From contig WAOK01000001.1 in assembly GCA_015521325.1 (NCBI GenBank), positions 144,412 through 208,411 on the forward strand: a stretch of 64,000 bases of DNA, written 5' to 3'. The notes under the pieces were generated by a model. The model did not search any database. It had not been told where the DNA came from and saw only the letters and a list, made by a program, of their open reading frames with translations. Shown here piece by piece: positions 45,812 to 55,056 of this stretch. The first letter of the stretch is position 1; each line of letters starts with the position of its first letter. The translations under genes and the position numbers were made by a program. The stretch comes from Desulfurococcales archaeon. Its GTDB lineage: Archaea > Thermoproteota > Thermoprotei_A > Sulfolobales > NBVN01.

Positions 45812-47386
45812 ATGACGGTGATCGGGTTGGGGAACGCGAAGATACCGCCGTTGGCCGAGATACTCAGCAGGTCGAAACCAGACGGGTTCTTCTGGCCAGC
45901 CTATGAAGGGTACGGCGGTCTGAGAGGCTTCTGGGTTCTTGGCCCGATGGGTACACAGCTCATGAACGAGGTTCTTAGACTATGGCGCAGGTACTTCGTC
46001 CTTAAGAACTTCGGTATGACTGTAGAGATAACAGCCCCCATAGTGACTCCGGAGAAGGTGCTCGAGGCAAGTGGGCACCTGGAACACTTCACTGACCCGA
46101 TAGTTAAGTGTACGAAGTGTGGTGCGGTGTTTAGGGCTGATGAGCTCATAGAGGAGAGGCTGGGGATTAGCGCTGAGGGACTTACTCCGGCGGAGATAGA
46201 CAAAATCATTAGGAAACATGGTCTGAGATGTCCCAGGTGTGGTGGTGAATTCGGTAAGGTGATGTTGTTTAACCTACTCATGGGCACGGTGGTTGGTCCG
46301 TTCACGGAACTCAAGAAGTTCAACGCGTACCTTAGGCCTGAGACAGCACAGGGCATGTTCGTTGAGTTCCCATACGTGTACTTATCGCTTGGTAAGAAGT
46401 TGCCCGTGGGTGTTGCCCAGGTCGGCAGGGTCGCTAGGAACGAGATCTCGCCTCGTCAAGGAATGATAAGGCTGAGAGAATTCACTATAGCGGAGATCGA
46501 GTTCTTCTTTGATCCAGAGGAGCCAGGGGTTCCGACTGAACTCATGAGAGAAGTTAAAGACGTGGAGGTTCGGGTACTTACTAAAGAGTTGCAGGAGGAA
46601 GGCTCTAATGAGCCAAGAACGTATGCGGTGAGCGAGCTGATCGAGGATGGTGTCGTTAAGACACCGTGGCTAGCGTACTGGCTCGGTATATCCTGGCTAT
46701 TCCTTAAGGACCTAGGCATACCGGATGACGAGATGTACTACTTAGAGAAGTACGGTGATGCACTGGCTCATTACTCCGTCCAGACATTCGACCAGATGGT
46801 GAGGATACCGGGGTATGGCTGGCTAGAAGTTGCTGGGCACTCATACAGGACAGACTACGACCTGAGGGGGCATCTGAGTAAGGCAGTGAATAGGTCGTTC
46901 TTTGAGCAAGCACTGACCGAGTCAGGTAAGATACCCCATGTTGTCGAACCCTCATTCGGTGCCGAGAGACTGGCGCTCGCTGCCTACACATGGGCTTACG
47001 CCAGGGGGGTGTCCCGGGGCAAGAACGTGCTCGTATTCCCGGCATCCATAGCTCCTATCAAGGCATCGGTCATACCGCTGCTTGCATCAGACAAGAATAT
47101 GCTGAAAAAGGCGAGAGAGATAAGAACGATTCTCTCATCCATCGGTGTTCCTGCACTACTCGTAATAGGGAAGAGGATAGGAAAGGCTTACAAGAGATCC
47201 GATAGGTTAGGCATTCCGTACGCCATAACGATAGATAAGCAGACTCTGGAGGACGGCACTGTCACGGTTAGGTCGAGAGATACGTCGGAGCAGGTCAGGC
47301 TGGGCTTAGATGATGTTGTGAGAGGGTTCACAGAGATCTTCCTGAAGGGTTACACCAGCGTTTTCCCTGAACTAGTAATAGAGTAG
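45812..47386 (+). CDS. glyS: Glycyl-tRNA synthetase (archaeal/eukaryal alpha2 type)
   Basis: GFFWPAYEGYGGLRGFWVLGPMG, LRPETAQG, RNEISPR, EPSFGAERL. The first 121 codons of the track ORF are antisense to agmatinase and are discarded. Confidence 0.9.
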   Translation: MTVIGLGNAKIPPLAEILSRSKPDGFFWPAYEGYGGLRGFWVLGPMGTQLMNEVLRLWRRYFVLKNFGMTVEITAPIVTPEKVLEASGHLEHFTDPIVKCTKCGAVFRADELIEERLGISAEGLTPAEIDKIIRKHGLRCPRCGGEFGKVMLFNLLMGTVVGPFTELKKFNAYLRPETAQGMFVEFPYVYLSLGKKLPVGVAQVGRVARNEISPRQGMIRLREFTIAEIEFFFDPEEPGVPTELMREVKDVEVRVLTKELQEEGSNEPRTYAVSELIEDGVVKTPWLAYWLGISWLFLKDLGIPDDEMYYLEKYGDALAHYSVQTFDQMVRIPGYGWLEVAGHSYRTDYDLRGHLSKAVNRSFFEQALTESGKIPHVVEPSFGAERLALAAYTWAYARGVSRGKNVLVFPASIAPIKASVIPLLASDKNMLKKAREIRTILSSIGVPALLVIGKRIGKAYKRSDRLGIPYAITIDKQTLEDGTVTVRSRDTSEQVRLGLDDVVRGFTEIFLKGYTSVFPELVIE

Positions 47387-47421
47387 CTACCTGAGATTTA
47401 AGACCTGCCCCAACACAGTAA

Positions 47422-47796
47422 ATGGGGTGTCTCATCCTGGAGTCCCACGAGACTGAGGCTAGTCAACAGGGAAAGAAGAGGGACATCAGCAAGCTCCTGG
47501 CGGTAATACCCCCGGCCGAGGAGTTCAAGGGTAGGAAACAGACCAAGCCCAAGGAGAAGAGGATAAGGATAAAGCTAGACCCTGATATTCCCGAGGATAA
47601 GGCGTTGATCCACCCCTCGCTGGCCAAAGAGCTCGGCATAAAGGATAGACTGGTTATGTCAGTCAGCGGAAAGAGGTTTGTGTTCGTGGCCGTGGTTGAG
47701 GAGTCAGCCCCCCAGAACCTGGTTATCGTTAATGAGGAACTCATGAAGGAGCACGGCATAGCCGATAATAGCCTCGTAACTATTAGGAGGGCATGA
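47422..47796 (+). CDS. Hypothetical protein (basic N-terminus, small beta-barrel-like C-terminus)
   Basis: 124-aa ORF. The C-terminal IRIKLDPDIPEDKALIHPSLAKELGIKDRLVMSV resembles AbrB/VAT-N-type swapped-hairpin barrels. By-eye judgement only. Confidence 0.4.
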   Translation: MGCLILESHETEASQQGKKRDISKLLAVIPPAEEFKGRKQTKPKEKRIRIKLDPDIPEDKALIHPSLAKELGIKDRLVMSVSGKRFVFVAVVEESAPQNLVIVNEELMKEHGIADNSLVTIRRA

Positions 47797-47797
47797 G

Positions 47798-48205
47798 ATG
47801 AGCAGGAGGGACATCCTCATATTCAAGAACTTAGAAAACCTCACTTTAGGCAGAGACACAGGAATAAACAGGTTAGAGAGAGCTATAAAGAAGTCCAGAA
47901 GAGGCGGTGGATACGAAGAGGCCTTAAAACTCGCTGTAGAGCTTCGGCGTTCCAGAAAGGCATTAATTAAGGTCATGACAGACCTAAGGGATACAGACGT
48001 AGGCAATGACATTAAGGAGCCTATGGAAGTGCTCGTTGAGTTTAATGACCTTGTCGCTGTTCCTCGTGAGAGGGATCTCATAAAACAGCTTATCAGCCAG
48101 ATTGGGGCAAACGGGCCATCAAAGGAGGTCAGGAAACTTAGGAAGGATATTGAGGAACTGGATAAGCTTGGGGCACTCATTAAGGAGGTTCTACGGAAGT
48201 TCTGA
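47798..48205 (+). CDS. Hypothetical coiled-coil protein
   Basis: 135-aa ORF beginning 1 nt after the upstream stop. Charged helical sequence. Confidence 0.4.
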   Translation: MSRRDILIFKNLENLTLGRDTGINRLERAIKKSRRGGGYEEALKLAVELRRSRKALIKVMTDLRDTDVGNDIKEPMEVLVEFNDLVAVPRERDLIKQLISQIGANGPSKEVRKLRKDIEELDKLGALIKEVLRKF

Positions 48206-48264
48206 GTAGTAAACATAGAGTAAAGGTATTTTTAGCGGACTGACCTTAGACCCGGGTAAGAAGA

Positions 48265-48966
48265 GTGGGGTCGCCTAGAGAAGCACCGATAAGGATGGAT
48301 GACGTCGCCGACGTCAGCGACAGACAGTCCATAGCTGAATCAAACATTAGCGAGTCACTCAGGAGGCAGATAGTATCGTTTACCACTCTGGCTAGGACAC
48401 TGCTGGAGATCATAGACGTGTTTAAGGAGGGCAAGACATACTTTGTTGAGAAGAGGTACGAGCTGCTAAGACACCAAAAGGACGAGATCGAGAACGAGTC
48501 CATCTCTTTAACGGAGTACATCGTTAAGGTCGCCCCTGGCTTACTCAATAAGGAACTCTATGTGTTTATCCTAAATGATCTGGTGCGGGCGTCGGAGCAC
48601 ATAGAGGCAGCAGCGTTCAGGGTGCTGCTCCTCTCAAATGGAGATGGAAATGAACTACTGGGGAAGTTCTACGATAAGATCACATCGATGATCAGCGACC
48701 TAATAAGCATGGCATCGACGGTAGAGTCCATGATAATGAAGATAAATAACACTAAGGCGGTTAGCCAGCTATATAGGGACATAGTGAAGCTAGAGGTATC
48801 GATAGATGAGACATACAGGGAACTCGGGCTAGCAACCCTAAAGTACCTTGAGGACGGCATCAGCAAGTTCATACTGATCCGGGAAATGATCGATAAGATA
48901 GAATCAGCCGCGGACTTGCTGAAGAGAATGGGCGCATACATTAGGGTAATATCGCTACAGCTATGA
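48265..48966 (+). CDS. DUF47/PhoU-like helical repeat protein
   Basis: Two similar helical halves with acidic motifs (HQKDEIENES...ASEHIEAAA and KLEVSIDETY...IDKIESAAD). Confidence 0.45.
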   Translation: MGSPREAPIRMDDVADVSDRQSIAESNISESLRRQIVSFTTLARTLLEIIDVFKEGKTYFVEKRYELLRHQKDEIENESISLTEYIVKVAPGLLNKELYVFILNDLVRASEHIEAAAFRVLLLSNGDGNELLGKFYDKITSMISDLISMASTVESMIMKINNTKAVSQLYRDIVKLEVSIDETYRELGLATLKYLEDGISKFILIREMIDKIESAADLLKRMGAYIRVISLQL

Positions 48967-49523
48967 CGGAACAACAGGGCAAGCCAAAGGGCGTCCTTAT
49001 AGGGTCGAAGGTCGTCGTGTTCGGAAGGGATGACGCTAAGAGAGTATTCTCCCTCGGATTCTTCGGAAAACCCCTATCAGTGAGAAAGCCGAAGTCGCCC
49101 GAGGAGGTCGAGCCACCCCTTGAGTTATCCCTCATAGAAGCTACCTATCTTTGCGAGAATGGTGAGCTAGAGGTTTCATCTCCTGATGGTGGGGAACTAA
49201 ACTGCGAGAATCTGAAAAAAATAGCGACGGAGCATATAAGGGAGTTCGGGCTCATCTACCCAGTCTATATCAGATTAAGGAAGGCTGGCTTAGTCATAAG
49301 ATCCGCCCTCAAGTACGGCGCAGACTTCGCCCTATACAGAGAAGCCCCCGGAAAAGAGCACGCCCCTTACCTACTTAAGGTTCTGGAATCCACGCAGAGT
49401 GTCGACCCCGGCGACCTCGTTGGATGGGGAAGGGTAGCACACTCGGTTAGGAAAGACCTCATAATAGCTATATCATATGGTTCCCGCCAATCATTCATAG
49501 TATTTAAGTGGTTGAGGCCATAG
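48963..49523 (+). CDS. endA: tRNA-splicing endonuclease catalytic subunit EndA
   Basis: LSLIEATYL, KYGADFALYRE...HAPYLLKV, VRKDLIIA motifs. 4-nt overlap with the upstream gene. Confidence 0.85.
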   Translation: MTEQQGKPKGVLIGSKVVVFGRDDAKRVFSLGFFGKPLSVRKPKSPEEVEPPLELSLIEATYLCENGELEVSSPDGGELNCENLKKIATEHIREFGLIYPVYIRLRKAGLVIRSALKYGADFALYREAPGKEHAPYLLKVLESTQSVDPGDLVGWGRVAHSVRKDLIIAISYGSRQSFIVFKWLRP

Positions 49524-49583
49524 ACTATATGACGATCCCCCAAGTACAAGGCACAATAAGGTTGTGGGGCAAGGTGGACAGGC

Positions 49584-50027
49584 TTGGATAAGTCGGGTAG
49601 TAGCTTTAGGGACCAAAGGCGCAGGCACGGACGGGGCTTCGGGGGACGCGAGAGGTACCCCAGGAGGGGGCCGAAAGGACACGACCAGAGGAGGCCCATG
49701 CCTATCAACGGAATGTGTAACCCCCTATGCCCGTTCTTCAAGTGCTCTAAGAACGCTAAGATACTCGTCAAGAAAGTAGTGAGGGGTCACACAATCAGTG
49801 AGGTCAGATGTAGGTGGATCGGTGATAAGTGTATTGGGTGGCGCTGCCAGTTCGGATACTGCGAGAGGCATGCCCTCCTCCCCGACGGGCGCTGTGCCTT
49901 CGCTGTGAAATTCAAAGAGAGTACTGACGACTTCTTCAAAGAGATCGAGAGCGAGGACGTGGAGGAGAGGGTCGGGAATAGGCTCGCTAGGAGATACGGG
50001 CGCAGGGATCGGGACCTCTTCGATTAA
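49584..50027 (+). CDS. Cysteine-rich protein with an Arg/Gly-rich N-terminal tail
   Basis: RRRHGRGFGGRERYPRRGPKG tail, then 10 Cys (CNPLCPFFKC...CRWIGDKCIGWRCQFGYC...C). Its 3' end overlaps convergent ubiX by 41 nt. Confidence 0.45.
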   Translation: MDKSGSSFRDQRRRHGRGFGGRERYPRRGPKGHDQRRPMPINGMCNPLCPFFKCSKNAKILVKKVVRGHTISEVRCRWIGDKCIGWRCQFGYCERHALLPDGRCAFAVKFKESTDDFFKEIESEDVEERVGNRLARRYGRRDRDLFD

Positions 50028-50586
50028 CTGCCCCCCACCTCCTATAGAGCCCGTGCTCAATGCCAAGAACGTCCAGTACCTTACCAACGATGAAGTCTAT
50101 CATCTCCTCCACACTGGAGGGCCTTATGTAGAAGGCCGGTGACGCTGGCATTATAATTGCTCCAGCTTCAGAGGCAGCGACCATGTTCCTTAAATCCGGT
50201 AAGCTAAGGGGTGTCTCCCTAACAACAACAACTAAGGGACGCCTCAGGCGAAGGAGGTTATTAGCTACTCTGGCAACTAGGCCGCTGTTACCTCCCCTAG
50301 CTACCTCGGAGAGGGTGTGTAACGAGCAGGGGATCACGACGCCAGCATCAGGTGTGTTCGATGACGACGATATAGGGGCCCATAAATCGGAGTCACTATA
50401 GACCTCATCAGCGAACTTCTTCACAACCTCGATGAAGTCGATGCCCAAGCACTCGTGCTTAGCTACCTCTACGGCGGCTGCGGTATAGACAGCTATAACA
50501 GAGTGCCCTAGCTTTCGCAGTACCTGAAGAAGCCGGAGCCCATACACGAGACCGGAGGCGCCAGTAAGGGCTACTACAACCTTCAT
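49987..50586 (-). CDS. ubiX: Flavin prenyltransferase UbiX
   Basis: MKVVVALTGASGLVYGLRLL and PASPAFY motifs. ATG at 50586. Confidence 0.9.
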   Translation of the reverse strand: MKVVVALTGASGLVYGLRLLQVLRKLGHSVIAVYTAAAVEVAKHECLGIDFIEVVKKFADEVYSDSDLWAPISSSSNTPDAGVVIPCSLHTLSEVARGGNSGLVARVANNLLRLRRPLVVVVRETPLSLPDLRNMVAASEAGAIIMPASPAFYIRPSSVEEMIDFIVGKVLDVLGIEHGLYRRWGAVNRRGPDPCARIS

Positions 50587-50619
50587 AACCTCACACACTA
50601 GTCATATGTTATGAGCTGG

Positions 50620-50678
50620 ATTATATGATGAGGCTCGGAAGGGCGGAGCTGTGAAGAATCCACGCAGGGCTGATTAAC
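50620..50678 (+). ncRNA. Box C/D sRNA (2'-O-methylation guide)
   Basis: C ATGATGA 50625-50631; 12-nt guide; D' CGGA 50644-50647; 3-nt linker; C' GTGAAGA 50651-50657; 12-nt guide; D CTGA 50670-50673. Intergenic, antisense to the flanking genes. Confidence 0.65.
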
Positions 50679-50717
50679 ATGGGCTCGCCTTGAATCAGTA
50701 AAAATCTTCTACTAGTT

Positions 50718-51410
50718 TTAGAGTTCCAAGGTCTCTCCAGGTTTGAGGATCTTCACCTTGACCTTATCGCCGACGAACTCCCTAACGTATCTCTCGAACT
50801 CCTCCGGGGTTCCCCACAGCACCGGAAAAGTACCGTAGTGCATCGGTATGGCGTACTCTGGTAGCAGGAGCTCTACCGCCTTAGCAGCTTCCCTCGGCCC
50901 CATCGTGTAGTGACCGCCTATCGGAAGCATCGCCACTTTTGGCCTATAAAGCTCTCCGATAAGCTTCATGTCGTAGAACAGCCCGGTGTCACCGGCATGG
51001 TATGCTCTTTCGTCATCGTTGCCGAACACTGCACCCGTCGGGTGACCAACATTACTTGAGTGATACGCTGGTGTTAAAACTACCCAGAAACCATCTCCGA
51101 GCCTAATCGGGCCACCTATGTTTGCGTCAATAACTCTGTCGTTGCTGCCCAGTTGCTGAGACACCTTGTTAGCTATCTCGAATATCGCTACTAACTTGGC
51201 GTTCTTAGCAAGCCTCATAATCTGTACTGCGTCGCCGAGGTGGTCTCCATGGTCGTGCGTGACTATGATGTAGTCCACGTCACCCACTTGGGCAGGGTCA
51301 TTAAGAGGCGACTTGGGGTTACTAATCCATGGATCAACAAGGAATTTCTTCCCCCCTATCTCGACCTTGAACGCTGCGTGACCGTACCACGTGACCTTCA
51401 TTGTTGTCAC
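50718..51410 (-). CDS. UPF0173-family metal-dependent hydrolase (MBL fold)
   Basis: MKVTWYGHAAFKVEIGGKKFLVDPW, VTHDHGDHLGD. Confidence 0.85.
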   Translation of the reverse strand: MTTMKVTWYGHAAFKVEIGGKKFLVDPWISNPKSPLNDPAQVGDVDYIIVTHDHGDHLGDAVQIMRLAKNAKLVAIFEIANKVSQQLGSNDRVIDANIGGPIRLGDGFWVVLTPAYHSSNVGHPTGAVFGNDDERAYHAGDTGLFYDMKLIGELYRPKVAMLPIGGHYTMGPREAAKAVELLLPEYAIPMHYGTFPVLWGTPEEFERYVREFVGDKVKVKILKPGETLEL

Positions 51411-51500
51411 CAGATCAAATTGATGACGAAGAGATTAAGGGTTAACTTTAGACGCAACTAATAATAATATGCGTAATCCTTGGTGCTGGGGTGACAGAGT

Positions 51501-52415
51501 GTGGATAGCGAAGAACTTGAGAAATACGTGCGTGCGGGGGAGATAGCATACGAGGCAAAGAAGCTAGCAGAAAAGATAGTGAAGCCGGGAACACCGATAC
51601 TCAAAATCGCTGAGGAGATAGAGGAACTCATACAGTCACGGGGTGCCAACCCAGCATTCCCAACAAACATATCAATAAATCATGTAGCGGCCCACAGGAC
51701 ACCCTACATAGGCGATACCGAGGTAGTGCCCGATGGAGCAGTAGTAAAGGTCGATATAGGTGTTCATGTGGATGGCTACATAGCGGACACTGCTATAACA
51801 ATAGTCCTTGACGACAGATTCAGAACTTTAGCTGAGGCAGTTAAGAGTGCCCTCTACAAGGCACTAAAGAGAGTGCGTGCGGGGATCAGATTCAGGGATA
51901 TAGGGTTCGTCATCGAGAGGGAGATTAAGGCAGCAGGCTTCAGACCAATAAAGAACCTGTCTGGGCACTCCTTGGGACGTTATCAAATTCATGGAGGCGA
52001 ATATATTCCGAATTACAGAGACGCCCTCGCTATAGGTAGGTTCCGTTCGGGAAGGGCATACGCGATTGAGCCGTTCGGTACTAATGGAAGGGGGTATGTT
52101 GTTGAGGATCGTTCCTCGGTTCAGATATATGCCCTTAGGTCGATCAGAGGTGCAGTCTCAGGCTTCGAAGCCGAGGTACTGAACGTGATTAGGTCGAGGT
52201 TCAGCACCCTCCCCTTTTGTGAGAGGTGGCTTGCTGACATAGGGGATATAGGCGCTGTAAGAGCGGCGCTCAGAGGGCTCGTGGCTAAGAGAATACTTAC
52301 TCAGTATCCAGTGCTCGTTGAGGCAGGAAGAGGAATGGTGGCGCAATTCGAGGAAACAATATACGTTACGTCCACTGGGGTATATGTCACAACTAACCCT
52401 GAGATAGTGACGTAG
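51501..52415 (+). CDS. map: Methionine aminopeptidase, type 2 (archaeal)
   Basis: Pita-bread fold ligand regions (VKVDIGVHVDGYIADTA, GHSL, QFEETI). GTG start. Confidence 0.9.
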   Translation: MDSEELEKYVRAGEIAYEAKKLAEKIVKPGTPILKIAEEIEELIQSRGANPAFPTNISINHVAAHRTPYIGDTEVVPDGAVVKVDIGVHVDGYIADTAITIVLDDRFRTLAEAVKSALYKALKRVRAGIRFRDIGFVIEREIKAAGFRPIKNLSGHSLGRYQIHGGEYIPNYRDALAIGRFRSGRAYAIEPFGTNGRGYVVEDRSSVQIYALRSIRGAVSGFEAEVLNVIRSRFSTLPFCERWLADIGDIGAVRAALRGLVAKRILTQYPVLVEAGRGMVAQFEETIYVTSTGVYVTTNPEIVT

Positions 52416-52465
52416 TAATCACAGTTTATATTACTCGGAGCTAGCCCTAGCTAGGGCTGGGAAGA

Positions 52466-53554
52466 TTGGCTGGCGAGGACTGGACATCCACGCTGCTGGT
52501 CTTGCTGATACTGTCATCCTTCTTACTGAACTTCACTGACATACCTCAGAGGATACAGCTATGGAGGTGGTCATCCTATATCCGGAAGCGCATAATCCAG
52601 CTCTTCGAGATCGAGCAGGATGCCAGGAGGAAGGCGGTGAAGTATCTGAGTGAGCAGGGACTTAAGGATCCGGGCAAGGCGATTGATGACTTCGTAGACA
52701 ACTACTTCCTCATATCTCCAGTAAGCCTTGAGCCAACCGATATAATTAGGAGGCTCAGGCACCTAATCAGAGAGAGAAACAAGAGTGTGAAGGCCTACGT
52801 CAGGGAGGTATTTCCCGATGCGTCCGAAGAGGTTAGGCAGAATGCTGAGGTGATGTTTGAGATTGTTTCCGTGCTCGTACTCATAAATAAGATTGTGAAA
52901 CATTACTTCCAGCTCGGGCTCAAGTATAGTAACTGGATATTGATGATGCAGCTGGCCCTCGAGATGCCTATGATAGTCCGCCTAGCTAAGACATACGATG
53001 ATGCTATGGACTCCTTCGCTAGCGGTACACCGGTTGGTGACGGTGCCGGGCCCTTGGCGGTGAGGTACCTCCTCTCATTCGATGTTCCCGAGAGGGAGGT
53101 CGCTGAGGAGACCCTTGTCTTAGAGGGCACGGTTGAGGGGAGGAAGGTGTTGGCTATAAAGGCGAAGGGTCCAGGCTCAAGCGTCGGCTACCCCGGCGAG
53201 GCACTCCGCAAGGTAGTTGAAGAGGTGGGTAGGGTCTCAGCAATAATCACTGTGGATGCGGCCCTAAAGCTGGAGAGTGAGGAGACCGGCGAGGTTTCGT
53301 ATGGTGTTGGCGCAGCGATCGGCGATCCCGGGCCAGAGAAGATAGAGATGGAGAGGGTTGCGGCCGAGAAGGGTGTGCCTCTCTACGCCGTTGTGATTAA
53401 GATGAGCGAGGAGGATGCAATAACGACAATGAGTGAAGAAATCGTCAAGGGTGTCAAAAAGGCTGTGGATATAATTAAGGAAATTATAAGGAAGCTTCCG
53501 CCTGAGGAACCTGTGATAGTCGTTGGTGTCGGTAACACCATAGGTATAAGGTGA
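52466..53554 (+). CDS. Conserved archaeal membrane-anchored protein (DUF1512-like)
   Basis: N-terminal TM helix, length and overall pattern recall DUF1512. Recognised from memory only. Confidence 0.45.
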   Translation: MAGEDWTSTLLVLLILSSFLLNFTDIPQRIQLWRWSSYIRKRIIQLFEIEQDARRKAVKYLSEQGLKDPGKAIDDFVDNYFLISPVSLEPTDIIRRLRHLIRERNKSVKAYVREVFPDASEEVRQNAEVMFEIVSVLVLINKIVKHYFQLGLKYSNWILMMQLALEMPMIVRLAKTYDDAMDSFASGTPVGDGAGPLAVRYLLSFDVPEREVAEETLVLEGTVEGRKVLAIKAKGPGSSVGYPGEALRKVVEEVGRVSAIITVDAALKLESEETGEVSYGVGAAIGDPGPEKIEMERVAAEKGVPLYAVVIKMSEEDAITTMSEEIVKGVKKAVDIIKEIIRKLPPEEPVIVVGVGNTIGIR

Positions 53555-53557
53555 TGC

Positions 53558-53845
53558 GTGATGGTACAGCTCTTCGATGGAGTCGATACCTATACAGTCA
53601 TACTCTTCATAACGTTAGCTGTGATGATAACTCTACTAGTTTTTTCAATGATTCCTAGAAGGACAGGACAACAAGGGAAGCCGTCAATCAAGACGCTCAT
53701 TAAGTGCGTGGACGGGCATGAAGTGGAGAGAGAATTCAGCAGAGGCGATTACGTAGGCAAGAAAGTGAAGTGCCCACAGTGTGGAAAGGAAGCAGTGGTT
53801 ATGGCGATCTATATCAAGCGGGATCAGCAACCGGGAAAACCTTAA
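53558..53845 (+). CDS. Small membrane protein with a C-terminal zinc-ribbon half-site
   Basis: TM helix TVILFITLAVMITLLVF, then C..H...CPQC. Confidence 0.4.
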   Translation: MMVQLFDGVDTYTVILFITLAVMITLLVFSMIPRRTGQQGKPSIKTLIKCVDGHEVEREFSRGDYVGKKVKCPQCGKEAVVMAIYIKRDQQPGKP

Positions 53846-53871
53846 AAACAGTCTGAGCCCAGATAAGTACT

Positions 53872-53997
53872 GGCGGCCCCGACCATAGCGGCCGGGAAAC
53901 ACCCGGACTCGTCCGATCCCGGATGTTAAGCCGGCCGCGTTGGGGCAGGCAGTGAGGTCCGCGAGGCCTCGCAGCCGCCCCAAGTTGGGGTCCCGCC
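53872..53997 (+). rRNA. rrf: 5S ribosomal RNA (stand-alone)
   Basis: GGCGGCCCCGACCATAGCGGCCGGGAAACACCCGGACTCGTCCGATCCCGGATGTTAAGCCGGCC...CCCAAGTTGGGGTCCCGCC is collinear with crenarchaeal 5S, and the ends pair. The track ORFs here are artefacts. Confidence 0.9.
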
Positions 53998-54101
53998 ACT
54001 ATTTCTACAAGAACATCGCTCTTACTACATTAACTTAAATACTCCAACCTTCGCCACCATGAAAAATCTTTATAATTGGGGCATCTCCATCAGCTATTGG
54101 A

Positions 54102-54177
54102 AGCCGGGTCGTCTAGCGGCCAAGGATGCGGGGCTCTGGCCCCCGTGACCGGGGTTCGAATCCCCGCCCGGCTACCA
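54102..54177 (+). tRNA. tRNA-Gln(CTG)
   Basis: AGCCGGG...CGGGG-CTCTGGC-CCCCG-TGA-CCGGGG-TTCGAAT-CCCCG-CCCGGCT-A-CCA. A1-U72 pair. TTTATAAT box 54070-54077 upstream. Confidence 0.9.
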
Positions 54178-54258
54178 CCTTGACCCGGCTTCTTCAGCTC
54201 CATTAACAAATAACGCAAATCTTCCCACGCTGCTGTAGCTTGTTGGGTGTATACTAGG

Positions 54259-54819
54259 ATGAAGGAGGCCATCTGCTGGGATCTAGGTGGGCTCAGGATC
54301 ATCTTGGTTGAGGGTGACATCACGAGGGTTAAGACTGATGCTATAGTGAACCCAGCGAACTCTATGATGGTAATGGGTGGAGGCGTGGCTGGTGCTATCA
54401 AGAGGGCTGGAGGGCATGAGATAGAGGTCGAGGCACGTAGGCACGCCCCTGTCCCAGTGGGTAAGGCGGTGGTTACAGGTGCAGGGAGGCTAAGAGCTAG
54501 GTATGTTATTCATGCGCCTACAATGAAGTATCCTGCAATGAGGATAGGTGTCGAGAACGTTGAGCGGGCGACCGAGGCAGCGATTAGGCTAGCTAGGAAG
54601 CTAGGGGTGAGGAGCGTAGCATTCCCGGCCATGGGTGCTGGTGTAGGTGGGATTCCGCTGAAGAGATCCGCTAGAACCATGGCGGAAATTGTAAGGAGGT
54701 CCGGCTTCACCGGTGATGTTGTATTTGTCGCTTACGGTGCGCAGGCGTTTTCCCTAATGAGGGAGGGTATCGAAGAAGTGCTTGGAGAACCCGCTGAATG
54801 CGTTACTGACTACCTCTGA
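54259..54819 (+). CDS. Macro-domain protein (ADP-ribose binding/O-acetyl-ADP-ribose deacetylase, Af1521-like)
   Basis: VEGDITRVKTDAIVNPANSMMVMGGGVAGAI and AFPAMGAGVGG. Confidence 0.85.
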   Translation: MKEAICWDLGGLRIILVEGDITRVKTDAIVNPANSMMVMGGGVAGAIKRAGGHEIEVEARRHAPVPVGKAVVTGAGRLRARYVIHAPTMKYPAMRIGVENVERATEAAIRLARKLGVRSVAFPAMGAGVGGIPLKRSARTMAEIVRRSGFTGDVVFVAYGAQAFSLMREGIEEVLGEPAECVTDYL

Positions 54820-54856
54820 CCTAGGGCGGATAAGAACGCCTGGTGGAGAGGAGAAG

Positions 54857-54946
54857 TGCCGCCGCCGGGATTCGAACCCGGGGCCTCCGGATCTCCCAGG
54901 CGGGGCCGTATGAGTCCGGCGCTCCACCAGGCTGAGCTACGGCGGC
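54857..54946 (-). tRNA. Elongator-type tRNA(CAT) (Met or Ile2) with a 16-nt canonical intron; CCA not encoded
   Basis: Reverse complement reads GCCGCCG-TA-GCTC-AGCCTGGTG-GAGC-G-CCGGA-CTCATA[CGGCCCCGCCTGGGAG]A-TCCGG-AGGCC-CCGGG-TTCGAAT-CCCGG-CGGCGGC-A. Confidence 0.85.
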
Positions 54947-55056
54947 ACCATCATAGGGTGGTCTGGGGGGATTAAAAGGCTTAATAGCTTGAAGACATTA
55001 TTTGTTCCACCCTAAACACTCAACAATCTTTTTATTCAGCGCACAGAACTAATGAA

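Noticed and set aside
51411-51500. TTGATGA string and GTGACAG in the spacer before map, considered as a C/D sRNA.
   Set aside because: There is no CTGA at the proper distance and no internal boxes.
53684-54401. Track ORFs over the 5S rRNA and tRNA-Gln (53684-53983, 53814-53999, 54090-54401). Similar ORFs overlie other tRNAs (5231-5458, 27838-28053, 28087-28314, 40313-40690).
   Set aside because: They overlap structural RNA genes or the opposite strand of the ferredoxin gene. The RNA genes explain the sequence.
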